A DNA stretch of 64,000 nucleotides from an uncultured Synergistales bacterium. GTDB lineage: Bacteria; Synergistota; Synergistia; Synergistales; JAFGMB01. The DNA lies in NCBI GenBank assembly GCA_964410915.1, contig CAYPIU010000005.1, positions 10,834-74,833 of the forward strand, written 5' to 3'. A program made the position numbers and the translations under genes. The stretch's first letter is position 1; every line of letters begins with the position of its first letter. This document shows positions 1 through 9,377 of the stretch, in pieces. The notes under the pieces were generated by a model. That model saw nothing but the letters and a program-made list of their open reading frames with translations. It was not told the DNA's origin and made no database searches.

Positions 1-422
1 TATTTCCTGCCCTGGACTTCCATTACTTCTTTGCCTTTCTCATGGACTGTTCCCACACCCGTGGGAGTCAGGAATCCACCAAAGCCGAACCCTCCGGCCC
101 GTATTCTCTCTACGAAAGTTCCCTGGGGGACAAGCTCCAACTCAAGTTTCTCCTCGTTAAAAAGCCTCTGGGTCGCTTTGTTAAGACCTACATGTGATGC
201 TATTACCTTTTTCACCTGTTCTGTCTGGATAAGTTTCCCATGGCCTACCCCTTCGTAAAGAGTGTCGTTGGCTATAAGTTCAATATCTTTGACACCATAA
301 TCTACCAGTGCATCAACAAGGGTATAAGGAACACCACCGTAGTTAAAACCACCCACCATTACAGAAGAACCCTGAACAATATGTTTGACAGCTTCTTCTG
401 CTGACATTACTGGTTTAATCAT
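1..422 (-). CDS. Acyl-CoA:acetate/3-oxoacid CoA-transferase alpha subunit (AtoD/CtfA-like), 3' end runs off the window
   Basis: Not in the ORF track. Manual translation from ATG 422: MIKPVMSAEEAVKHIVQGSSVMVGGFNYGGVPYTLVDAL...IASHVGLNK...ELVPQGTFVERIRAGGFGFGGFLTPTGVGT, with hallmark MVGGF, PQGT..ERIRAGG and TPTGVGT motifs. Start overlaps the stop of the upstream permease. Confidence 0.9.
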   Translation of the reverse strand, partial: MIKPVMSAEEAVKHIVQGSSVMVGGFNYGGVPYTLVDALVDYGVKDIELIANDTLYEGVGHGKLIQTEQVKKVIASHVGLNKATQRLFNEEKLELELVPQGTFVERIRAGGFGFGGFLTPTGVGTVHEKGKEVMEVQGRK

Positions 423-2382
423 TTTTGACGGCATGTTCTGGATCACTCCTTTCTTCTTTATCTGTTTTTATTCTCATCTGGAAGAAATACATTCCAGAAA
501 GAAATACAACCCCGAATATATCTGTCTTTATTCCGGGTTTTATAAGAGAAATGGCAACTACTGCAAACATCAGCCTTTCTATCATATAAAGGTTTCTCCT
601 GAAAAACCCCTGTACTGCTGCTGCGAGAGCGATAACGCCTAACATTGCTGTAAATGTCGAGAGAGCTATTTTGACAAGAGGTCCCTGAAAAAGGAGAGCC
701 TGGTTATAGGCGAACATATACGGAACAATAAAACCTGCAATAGCCAGGCCAAGAGCTGCAAAACCCGTTTTCATTGCATTTGAACCGGCAATACCCGCTC
801 CTGCATAGGCAGCGAGGGCTACGGGAGGAGTAACATCTGCAATTACCCCAAAATACAGAATGAATAGATGAGCTGCCAGCATAGGGATACCCATCTGATG
901 TATGGCCGGAGCAGCAAGAGTTGACAGAATTATATATTTTGCAGTTGTAGGAAGTCCCATGCCCAGAATTATCGAGGCTACCATTGTTAAAGCAAGTGCA
1001 AGCCATAAAATCCCATGAGAAAGATCTATGATAAAGGAGGTAAAAGCCAGTCCAAGACCTGTTATTCCCACAACACCTATTATTAAACCTGCGCAGGCAC
1101 AGGCCGCAGCAACCTCCACCGCCATAACAGCACCCTGAATAAAAGCTTGTATTGTCCTGGAAGGTGTCATCCTGTTTTTCTTTTCCCCCATCCAGCTGGC
1201 CAGAAGAAGAAAAACTATAGACCAGAAAACAGCCTTGATCGCAGAATAGCCCAACGCCAGAAACACAATAAGAATTACCACGGGAAGAAGGAGATGCCAT
1301 CCTTTTTTAAGCACGACTCCGACCTTGGGAAGTTTCTCCTCCGGAATACCTTTGATACCTTCCCTCCCTGCCCTGAAATGAACCATTGTAAAAATTGAAA
1401 AGAAATATAAAAGTGCAGGAATGGCTGCCGATACCACTATGGTCCAATATGAAATACCCAGGAACTGAGCCATTACAAATGCAGCTGCACCCATAACAGG
1501 CGGCATGATCTGTCCACCTGTAGAAGATGCCGCCTCTACAGCACCTGCAAAATGAGCAGGATAGCCCACACTTTTCATAAGAGGAATAGTAAATGAGCCC
1601 GTCGTTACAGTATTCGCCACAGAACTCCCCGAAACACTTCCCATAAGGGCACTTGAAACAACTGCAGCCTTTGCTGGTCCACCGCGACTTTTTCCCGTAA
1701 GTGCCAGGGCAAGGTCAATGAAGAACTGGCCTGCCCCCGAGACATTAAGGATGGAACCAAAAAGGACAAAGAGAAATATAAAACTTGCAGAGACCCCGAG
1801 AGGTACCCCGAATATTCCATCAGTTCTCAGATATTCAAATGAAGCCAGGTCACTGAAGGGAAATCCTGCATGTGCGAACATTCCTGGCAGGTATGGACCG
1901 AACAAGGCATAACACAGTGACAGAATGGCTACAATAGGAAGGGGCCATCCGACTGTTCGCCTGGTGGCTTCTATAACGAGGAAAACCATGATCCCTCCCA
2001 TATATATATCGGAAGGGATGGGAGCTCCCGCCCGCATGGCAATTGCTTCCCAGTTCATAATTATATTAAGACATCCTGCTACAAGTAATCCGGCAAATAT
2101 CCAGTCCCAGAAGTCTATTTTTTTACGAGGTCTTTTTCCGGAAACAGGATAAAGAAGAAATATAATTGTACCCATGAACATCCAGTGGATCGCCCTCTGG
2201 TACATTGCTGGAAGTAAACCAAAATATGCAGTATAAAGATGAAACAGTGATGCCGAAAGAGCTATTCCGGAGACAAGATAATGCTGCCACCCTTCCAGAT
2301 CACGCTTGCCTCCCTCAATCTTATCCAGTAAATGATCTGAATTCTTATTTTCATGAACCTGATTTTCTCTGTTTTCACTCAT
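415..2382 (-). CDS. TRAP transporter fused 4TM/12TM permease (TAXI-associated)
   Basis: Polytopic hydrophobic protein with GGPAKAAVVSS, GSSVANTVTTG, GGQIMPPVMGAAAF and GMGLPTT motifs. Start moved to ATG 2382 (MSENRE), which follows GGGGAGG; the ORF track extends to 2463. Confidence 0.93.
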   Translation of the reverse strand: MSENRENQVHENKNSDHLLDKIEGGKRDLEGWQHYLVSGIALSASLFHLYTAYFGLLPAMYQRAIHWMFMGTIIFLLYPVSGKRPRKKIDFWDWIFAGLLVAGCLNIIMNWEAIAMRAGAPIPSDIYMGGIMVFLVIEATRRTVGWPLPIVAILSLCYALFGPYLPGMFAHAGFPFSDLASFEYLRTDGIFGVPLGVSASFIFLFVLFGSILNVSGAGQFFIDLALALTGKSRGGPAKAAVVSSALMGSVSGSSVANTVTTGSFTIPLMKSVGYPAHFAGAVEAASSTGGQIMPPVMGAAAFVMAQFLGISYWTIVVSAAIPALLYFFSIFTMVHFRAGREGIKGIPEEKLPKVGVVLKKGWHLLLPVVILIVFLALGYSAIKAVFWSIVFLLLASWMGEKKNRMTPSRTIQAFIQGAVMAVEVAAACACAGLIIGVVGITGLGLAFTSFIIDLSHGILWLALALTMVASIILGMGLPTTAKYIILSTLAAPAIHQMGIPMLAAHLFILYFGVIADVTPPVALAAYAGAGIAGSNAMKTGFAALGLAIAGFIVPYMFAYNQALLFQGPLVKIALSTFTAMLGVIALAAAVQGFFRRNLYMIERLMFAVVAISLIKPGIKTDIFGVVFLSGMYFFQMRIKTDKEERSDPEHAVKND

Positions 2383-2418
2383 GCAGTGTAATCCTCCCCG
2401 AGTTATGTGGATAAGAAC

Positions 2419-2460
2419 ATTAGAGATCCAGGGGCAGATATCTGCCCCTGGATCTCTAAT
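2419..2460. terminator. Perfect 42-bp palindrome (hairpin; intra-operon terminator or processing element)
   Basis: attagagatccaggggcagat|atctgcccctggatctctaat, between the TAXI solute-binding gene and the permease. Confidence 0.7.
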
Positions 2461-2466
2461 CATGAA

Positions 2467-3414
2467 TTACATGCCTATACCATTTTCCTCAAAGTATTTC
2501 ACCGCACCAGGGTGGAATGGAATGATCCCTACGCTCGCCTCTTCGGGAACAAAATGTGCCGCCTGGGGAGTAACATCCATGAATTTATTCTTGTTCTCAA
2601 GCATGGTTTTAACCAGGTCGTATGCAAGCCCCTCATCCATATCTTTGCGAACGACCATGTAGTTACCATCAGCAATAGTGGCAACATCATAATCTACATC
2701 ATCATAAGTTCCTGCCTTCATCGTATAGGCAAAAACCTCCGGATGCATTTCTGTTACTTTCTTAATTACATCTTCAGGAATAGAGATAAGTTTTACATCT
2801 CTTACAGCTCCAACTTCCATTACAGCTGCCCCAGGAGCGGAGAAATTCCAGAAAACGGCGTCCACGTTACCGTCCTTAAGAGCCATTGCAGCTTCCGGCT
2901 GTGTCAACTGCTGCATCTTATATTCCTTTTCCGGATCGATACCCGCTGCTTCAAGGATCATCTTTGTAAGAACCTGGTTCCCGCTGCCAGGTGCTCCTAT
3001 GGATACCTTTTTACCCTTGAGATCTTCAAATTTTTCGATCCCTGTTCTGGCTACAGTAACGAGATGCTGTGGTGCAGGATACATATTAAAAAGAATGGAG
3101 AGAGGAAGTTTGCCATCTTTTTCGAAAGCATCAGTACCATTGTAGGCCATAAAAAGGCTTGAACCCATGGCCATGCCAAGCTGAACTTTTTCAGCTGCAA
3201 GAAGGCGGCAGTTCTCCTTTGAAGCAGCTGTGGATCTTGAATTTGCCTTGACCCCGATATCAGCCTTTGAAAGGACTTCTGCCATTGAACCACCCAGAGG
3301 ATAATATGTACCTCCTACGCCGCCTGAACCTATAGTTACAAACGTAACTGCAAAGGCAGCAGCTGAAAAACAGATAACAACAGCAATAGCGAATGGAACA
3401 ATAAATCTCTTCAT
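2467..3414 (-). CDS. TAXI-family TRAP solute-binding protein
   Basis: Signal peptide, then IGSGGVGGTYYPLGG, STAASKEN, KGKKVSIGAPGSG and PFHPGAVKYF motifs. Confidence 0.93.
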   Translation of the reverse strand: MKRFIVPFAIAVVICFSAAAFAVTFVTIGSGGVGGTYYPLGGSMAEVLSKADIGVKANSRSTAASKENCRLLAAEKVQLGMAMGSSLFMAYNGTDAFEKDGKLPLSILFNMYPAPQHLVTVARTGIEKFEDLKGKKVSIGAPGSGNQVLTKMILEAAGIDPEKEYKMQQLTQPEAAMALKDGNVDAVFWNFSAPGAAVMEVGAVRDVKLISIPEDVIKKVTEMHPEVFAYTMKAGTYDDVDYDVATIADGNYMVVRKDMDEGLAYDLVKTMLENKNKFMDVTPQAAHFVPEEASVGIIPFHPGAVKYFEENGIGM

Positions 3415-3494
3415 AATTTTCCCTCCTTAAATTGTGATCCTTTTTCGTTGTTCCCCCCTTGAAACATTAAATCCAGAATTCTCTCCGAACTTCC

Positions 3495-4862
3495 TCACCC
3501 CCTGTTAATTTCGTTTTCCAGAAGAACGGAACTTTTTTCGAGTCCCCTTTCGAGTCGATCAAGTATTTCATCTACATCTTTGTTGTTTACGATCAGAGGC
3601 GGAGCCAACATAAACTGGTCTCCTTCCATGCCATCGACCATGCCCTTGCCTGGATAAACAACGAGTCCTTCTTTCATTAGTTCTTCAGTCACTATCGATG
3701 CAGCGTTCACTCTCGGCGGAAAACTTTTCTTTGATCCTTTATCCATAACGATCTCAATACCTCTCATGAGACCCAGGCCTCTTATATCTCCCACAAAGAA
3801 AAACCTGTCCATTTTCCTGAGCATTTCACCGAGATATTTCCCCTGTACTGCAGCATTTTCAAATATATTGTTTTTTTTCATGTAACGTATCGCGGCTGCA
3901 ACTGCCGCACCTGTTACAGGATTACCGTTGTAAGTATGTCCATGTTCAAAATGCCCGGAACCGTTTTTCAGAATATCCATGATCCTTTCTGAAACCATTA
4001 TGCCTCCTGCTGGTGAATAACCCCCGGACATGGCCTTTGCAGAAGCTATTATGTCTGGGACTACATCCCAGTGATCCAGACAGAAATACCTGCCAGTTCT
4101 TCCAAAACCCGTCATAACTTCATCAGCTACCAGAAGGACGTCGTACCTTGTGCATATATCACGTATAATGGGCCAGTATTCATCTGGCGGATTGAGAGCT
4201 CCAACTGTGGAACCTACCACTGGTTCCGCGAAAAACGCCGCAACGTACTGGGAACCAACCTGACGGATAGTACTCTCAAGCATATGAGCACATCTGATCC
4301 CACACGAGGGATATTCAAGACCATATGGACAGCGATAGCAATAATGAGAATTTATCTTGGGATATTCTTTGTACATTGGATAAAAAGTTTTTCTGCGGGC
4401 CATACTTCCCGCAAGTGCCATAGCCCCAAGAGTACTTCCGTGATAGGAATTCCATCTGCCTATGGTTATATATTTCGAAGAATCGACACCATCTCTTTCA
4501 ACATAATACTGCCTGGCCAGCTTCATGGCTGATTCAATGGCTTCACTTCCTCCGCTGACAAACCAGATATTGTTAAGATCCCCGGGAGTAATCGATGCCA
4601 CTTCCTTTGCCGCTTCTTCAATGGAATCATTGCGCCACCGTGAGGGATGTGCAAATTCGATTATCTGGAGCTGGTTATAAATTGCATCTGCTATATATTT
4701 ATTTCCATGACCGAGGCTGGAGATCAGGGCACCGCAGCAACCATCAATATAGGACTTGCCCTGTTCATCATAAATATAGATACCTTCAGCTTTGACAGCC
4801 CTTCGAAGTTTGCTTTTGTAATTTCGAGGAATGTAGTTTCCAAAATCAGCCAAGTTACTCAA
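3495..4862 (-). CDS. Class-III PLP aminotransferase (omega/beta-amino acid type)
   Basis: SGGSEAIESAMKLARQY, SYHGSTLGA, ADEVMTGFGRTG, PLP Lys in SAKAMSGGY, HGHTY motifs. Confidence 0.92.
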   Translation of the reverse strand: MSNLADFGNYIPRNYKSKLRRAVKAEGIYIYDEQGKSYIDGCCGALISSLGHGNKYIADAIYNQLQIIEFAHPSRWRNDSIEEAAKEVASITPGDLNNIWFVSGGSEAIESAMKLARQYYVERDGVDSSKYITIGRWNSYHGSTLGAMALAGSMARRKTFYPMYKEYPKINSHYCYRCPYGLEYPSCGIRCAHMLESTIRQVGSQYVAAFFAEPVVGSTVGALNPPDEYWPIIRDICTRYDVLLVADEVMTGFGRTGRYFCLDHWDVVPDIIASAKAMSGGYSPAGGIMVSERIMDILKNGSGHFEHGHTYNGNPVTGAAVAAAIRYMKKNNIFENAAVQGKYLGEMLRKMDRFFFVGDIRGLGLMRGIEIVMDKGSKKSFPPRVNAASIVTEELMKEGLVVYPGKGMVDGMEGDQFMLAPPLIVNNKDVDEILDRLERGLEKSSVLLENEINRG

Positions 4863-4905
4863 CTCCTTCTTTTATAATTGAAATATTGCTTGTTTTAAAT
4901 CAATA

Positions 4906-5760
4906 TCAATCCCCGGGAGTATATATCCCTTTCTCTTCCCATACTCTCTCAAGCTTTTCCAGTTGCAGATTGGTATGCTCACCCATTTCATGGGCGACTG
5001 TTAGAATTACTGCATTTATCACACAGAGAGGGGCCGTAAAAGAATCTATAAATGATATGGGGTTCCATGGAACAGAAACTACACAATCGGAGACTTCTGA
5101 AAGGGGACTGTTAAAATCACTTGTAATTGCTGCTGTATGAATTCCCTCTTCTTTCGCAAAATTCAGGAGATCATTGGTCCACCCCGAAAAACGCGGGAAA
5201 CTGATACCAATAGCAAGAGTATTCTTTCCTGTTCCAGCTATCTTTTCAAAAGCAAGGTGACTGTCAAGTAAATATGTATTCGGAAGGAACCAGGACAGAT
5301 AATAGGAAAGATAGAATGCCAGAGAGTAGGAACTTTTCTGCCCAAAAATAAAGATCGCAGGTGCGGTAATTATTCTTGACGAGAGATCGTTAATAGTCGC
5401 CCTGTCCACTTGCCATCTTGTAAGAGAAATGGTCTTCTGGGCTGATTCCGCGATTCTTTCAAGAAAGTCTTCTTCTGCTGCATTTTCGTAATCTCTGTAT
5501 CTTTCAAGAGTGGATAAATGTTCCATCAGATGCTTCTGGACAGCAGATTTAAGCTCGGGAAAACCTGAATAGCCAAGTGCACCCGCGAGCCTTATAACAG
5601 TAGACTCACTAACGCCTGCCCTGCTGCCTATCTGTGAAGCTGTAAGAAATGCTGCTTCACCTGGATTTTTCAGTATGAACCGGGCAGCATCAACCTGTCC
5701 TGAAGATAGTTTATCAAGTCTGTTTTCAATTCTCGTTTTCAGCATCTCTATCACACTCAC
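4906..5760 (-). CDS. MurR/RpiR-family transcriptional regulator (HTH + SIS)
   Basis: LTASQIGSRAGVSESTVIRLAGALGYSGFPELK HTH; SIS-like ISFPRFS and AITSDFNSPL. Confidence 0.93.
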   Translation of the reverse strand: MSVIEMLKTRIENRLDKLSSGQVDAARFILKNPGEAAFLTASQIGSRAGVSESTVIRLAGALGYSGFPELKSAVQKHLMEHLSTLERYRDYENAAEEDFLERIAESAQKTISLTRWQVDRATINDLSSRIITAPAIFIFGQKSSYSLAFYLSYYLSWFLPNTYLLDSHLAFEKIAGTGKNTLAIGISFPRFSGWTNDLLNFAKEEGIHTAAITSDFNSPLSEVSDCVVSVPWNPISFIDSFTAPLCVINAVILTVAHEMGEHTNLQLEKLERVWEEKGIYTPGD

Positions 5761-5782
5761 TCTCTACGTTTTTCCTGCAGAT

Positions 5783-5820
5783 TAATCTTTATATGCAGGA
5801 TTTCCTGCATATAAAGATTA
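5783..5820. terminator. 18-bp-stem hairpin upstream of rpiR
   Basis: taatctttatatgcagga-tt-tcctgcatataaagatta. Could be an operator rather than a terminator. Confidence 0.5.
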
Positions 5821-5860
5821 CCCAAATTAACTGTCTTTGTCAATGATCATTTCAAATATC

Positions 5861-5900
5861 AAAAAGGCAGGGGACCTGAACTCAGGCTCCCTGCCTTTTT
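5861..5900 (-). terminator. Rho-independent terminator of the dehydrogenase operon
   Basis: aaaaaggcagggga...tccctgccttttt stem with A/T tails, just downstream of the E3 stop. Confidence 0.75.
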
Positions 5901-5934
5901 GACAAGTACATTTTTTTATTTAACGGATAAGGTG

Positions 5935-7707
5935 TTACTTACGCGGAGGAATGTGTACTGCAATGTTATTTACATCCAGTGCAGCCTCTCCAAGCGCCTC
6001 TCCTATGGTTGGATGAGCATGAATTGTAGTGACTATCTCGTCGATGGTGGCTTCAAGACGGAGTGCAAGAGCTGCTTCAACGATCAGGTCTGTAGCTCTT
6101 GGCCCAATGATATGAACTCCCAGGATCTCATCATACTTCTCATCAACAACGAACTTGATGAATCCTTCGGTTTCATTCATGATTAGACTTTTGCCATTAG
6201 CTATAAGGGGGAATTTTCCGATCTTTACATTATGCCCCTTTTCAACTGCCTGTTCTTCTGTCAATCCAGCCCAGGCAATTTCAGGAGACGTATAAACTGC
6301 TCCAGGATTAGTCTTGTAATCCATTACGGTCTTATGCCCCATAATATTTTCAGCAGCAACCTCACCTTCTCTGGATGCTACATGAGCAAGCATTATAGGA
6401 CTGCAGCAATCTCCAATGGCATATATACTATCTACACTTGTTTTCATTTTCTTATCGATAATGATCTTTGCCCTGTCCATCTTAACCCCGGTGTTTTCAA
6501 GTCCAAGCGTGGATGTAGAGGGTTTCCTTCCAACAGAAACAAGCACCTTTTCGGTTATGATCTCCCTGTCTCCTTCGGACATCTTGACTTCTGATACCAG
6601 AGATCCATTTTCTTCTCTGAAACGGGTTACCTTCGAAGACGTAAGAATTTCAACACCCTTCGCAGCAAGTACACTTTTGAGTACTGCTACGATTTCTTTG
6701 TCAGTATTCGGAAGGATCTCAGGCAACATTTCAACAATTGTCACCCTGGTACCAAGGCTGGCAAAAATTGATGCAAATTCAACACCAATTACTCCGCCTC
6801 CAACGATAGTCATTGAATCAGGAACTTTATCAAGGCTCAGAGCTTCATTACTTGTAATGACACCCTTCGAGTCGATCCCCGGTACAGGCGGGACTACGGG
6901 CTCTGATCCGGCGGCTATAATACAGTAATCCGGAGAAAGGACCTGATCTTTTCCGGAACTGCTGACCCTGATCTCGGAATCAGAAATAAAAGAAGCATCT
7001 CCTTCAAGCATTTTTACTCCGTTTGAAGAAAGAAGAGATCTTACGCCTCCAACCAGCTGAGCAGTAACCTGTTCCTTTCGTTTCATCAGGGCAGACCAGT
7101 CAACTTCTACATTGTCTGCTTTTAAACCTATCATTTCGCCCTCTTTAACTGCGTTAAAAAGTTCAACTGTATGAAGAAGGACCTTTGTCGGAATACAACC
7201 GACGTTGAGACATGTGCCGCCATAGTATTTTCTGTCGACAATAGTTACGTCAGCACCAAGTTGTGCCGCCCTTATCGCTGAAACGTAACCACCGGGACCT
7301 GCACCTATTACCAGTACTGAAGTACCTTCTCCTATTCCAGCCTCTGACATTTCAGAACTTTCAACCGGTTTTTTCTCAGGTGAAGCTGAAGTCTCACTTT
7401 CAATCTTTACTGGCTTTTCCTCAGTCACAGGTTCTTCAGCGGCAGGAGATGAAGTTTCTACTTCTTCTCCTGGTGCTGCTATAATTCCTACTGCATCTGA
7501 AACAGCAGCCGAACTTCCAGCAGGGACCAGGATCTTCGCCAGGACTCCGCTTTGCTCTGCTTCAACTTCAAAGGTAAGTTTATCAGTTGCAACAACAAGA
7601 ATGATCTCACCCTTCTCAACGGGATCACCCTCCTGTTTTTTCCACTCGGAAACTGTACCCTCGGTCATTGTAAGACCAAGTTTAGGCATTGTAATTTCGT
7701 TAGCCAT
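5935..7707 (-). CDS. lpdA: Dihydrolipoamide dehydrogenase (E3) with N-terminal lipoyl domain
   Basis: Lipoyl motif VATDKL, FAD motif VIGAGPGGY, redox disulfide GGTCLNVGCIPTK, C-terminal HAHPTIGE. Start set at ATG 7707 (MANEITMPK). Confidence 0.95.
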   Translation of the reverse strand: MANEITMPKLGLTMTEGTVSEWKKQEGDPVEKGEIILVVATDKLTFEVEAEQSGVLAKILVPAGSSAAVSDAVGIIAAPGEEVETSSPAAEEPVTEEKPVKIESETSASPEKKPVESSEMSEAGIGEGTSVLVIGAGPGGYVSAIRAAQLGADVTIVDRKYYGGTCLNVGCIPTKVLLHTVELFNAVKEGEMIGLKADNVEVDWSALMKRKEQVTAQLVGGVRSLLSSNGVKMLEGDASFISDSEIRVSSSGKDQVLSPDYCIIAAGSEPVVPPVPGIDSKGVITSNEALSLDKVPDSMTIVGGGVIGVEFASIFASLGTRVTIVEMLPEILPNTDKEIVAVLKSVLAAKGVEILTSSKVTRFREENGSLVSEVKMSEGDREIITEKVLVSVGRKPSTSTLGLENTGVKMDRAKIIIDKKMKTSVDSIYAIGDCCSPIMLAHVASREGEVAAENIMGHKTVMDYKTNPGAVYTSPEIAWAGLTEEQAVEKGHNVKIGKFPLIANGKSLIMNETEGFIKFVVDEKYDEILGVHIIGPRATDLIVEAALALRLEATIDEIVTTIHAHPTIGEALGEAALDVNNIAVHIPPRK

Positions 7708-7808
7708 TACTAAAATATTCCTCCTCAAAAATAGGCTTGTTAATCCGGTTTTATGAATATCCGGGCGGGGTTCTTACAGGGGGTAAACGCACCGCCCGGA
7801 GAAAAGTT

Positions 7809-9305
7809 TTAGACCAGAAGCAGATAGGGATTTTCTATAATTTCACGTATCCTGGCCAGGAATTTAGCTGCATCTGCACCATCAAGGATTCTGTGATCTG
7901 CGGTCAAACCAATATTAGACATTGGTCTGATCACAATTTCCCCGTCTCTAACTACAGGCTTTTCAGTTATGGCGTTAACAGCAAAGATACATGCTTCAGG
8001 TGGGTTGATAATTGGAGTAAAGTCCTGCATTCCAAACATTCCAAGATTGGTTATAGTAAATGTGCCTCCCTGCATTTCGTCCATGGAAAGCTTTCCTGTT
8101 CTTGCTTTTTCCACTAATTCATCTGTAGCTGAAGCAATTTCCTGAAGATTTTTGCTCTGAACTGCCTTTACATTAGGTACAACGAGCCCGCCTTCAATAG
8201 CTACTGCAAGACCAATATTAACGTCTGAATGCAATATATACTCGTTTGATGCTTCATCGTAGCTTGCATTCGCCATCGGATAATCCTCCAGCGCTCTGCT
8301 GCAGACCTTCATTAGAATATCGTTAAAGGATAATTTTGCCCCTCCAGAAGATACCTGATCCTTTATTCGTTTACGGAAAGAAATGATCTCCGAAAAGTCC
8401 ACTTCCATATTGAAGACCACAGATGGAATTGTATTTGAACTCTGGGTCATTCTCTCTGCGATGACTTTCCTCATTGGTGAAAGAGGAACTCTCTTATCAC
8501 CTGTCACGGTCTTCTCAGAAAGAGCCTTTCCCTTAACTGTTTCCGGCTTTTCTGATACTTCTTCTGCACCAGCGGCTCTGAGTACATCCTCTTTCATTAT
8601 CCTGCCGCTGGTCTCAATGGAAGCAAGGTCCACACCAAGATCTTCGGCCATTTTTGATGCAACAGGAGAAGCTTTTATCCTGCCTTCAGAAAGATCTTCC
8701 AGATATCTTAAAACATCGGCTTTGACTGTACGTCCTTCGGGGCCTGTACCGGTTACAGCAGTAATATCAACATTATTATCTCTGGCTGTTTTTCTTGCTG
8801 AGGGTGAAGCCTTGAACATCACGGCTTCTTTCATTACATCTTCTTTTACGATCCTCTCACCTGGACCGGAACCTTTAATTTCAGAAAGAGAAAGCCCGAA
8901 TATTGAAGCCCATTTTCTCGCAAGAGGTGAGGCTTTTACCGGACCTTCCTGGTGCTTTACTTCGGGTTTCTCCGAGACCTCAGTTTTGACTTCCGCTACT
9001 TCCTCTTTTTCAGGAACTTCTTCCTCTGGCTTTGTGTCAGCCGGAGATGCTGTTTCGATCTTTTCCCCAGCCTGACCGATAACAGCAAGGTTCTCCCCTA
9101 CGGGAACCGACTGACCTTCTTCGACCAGCACCTGGAGCAAAGTTCCATCATCGGGAGCTTCTACATCATATGTAAGTTTATCTGTTGCAACTACAAGAAT
9201 TATGTCACCTTTTGTAACGGTATCGCCCTCACTGACATTCCAGCTTGAGATTAAACCTTCAGTCATGGTCAATCCCAGCTTAGGCATTGTAACGTAAGTT
9301 GCCAT
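7809..9305 (-). CDS. acoC: Dihydrolipoamide acyltransferase (E2) of an acetoin/2-oxoacid dehydrogenase complex
   Basis: Lipoyl VATDKL, three E3-binding (KASP..) repeats, GTFTITNLG, catalytic DHRILDG. Confidence 0.92.
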   Translation of the reverse strand: MATYVTMPKLGLTMTEGLISSWNVSEGDTVTKGDIILVVATDKLTYDVEAPDDGTLLQVLVEEGQSVPVGENLAVIGQAGEKIETASPADTKPEEEVPEKEEVAEVKTEVSEKPEVKHQEGPVKASPLARKWASIFGLSLSEIKGSGPGERIVKEDVMKEAVMFKASPSARKTARDNNVDITAVTGTGPEGRTVKADVLRYLEDLSEGRIKASPVASKMAEDLGVDLASIETSGRIMKEDVLRAAGAEEVSEKPETVKGKALSEKTVTGDKRVPLSPMRKVIAERMTQSSNTIPSVVFNMEVDFSEIISFRKRIKDQVSSGGAKLSFNDILMKVCSRALEDYPMANASYDEASNEYILHSDVNIGLAVAIEGGLVVPNVKAVQSKNLQEIASATDELVEKARTGKLSMDEMQGGTFTITNLGMFGMQDFTPIINPPEACIFAVNAITEKPVVRDGEIVIRPMSNIGLTADHRILDGADAAKFLARIREIIENPYLLLV

Positions 9306-9377
9306 GGGAAATCCTCCTCAACAAATCATTATCCGGAAAGGGGAATCCCTTCCAGCAGTCTGATCATTTATCTAAAA

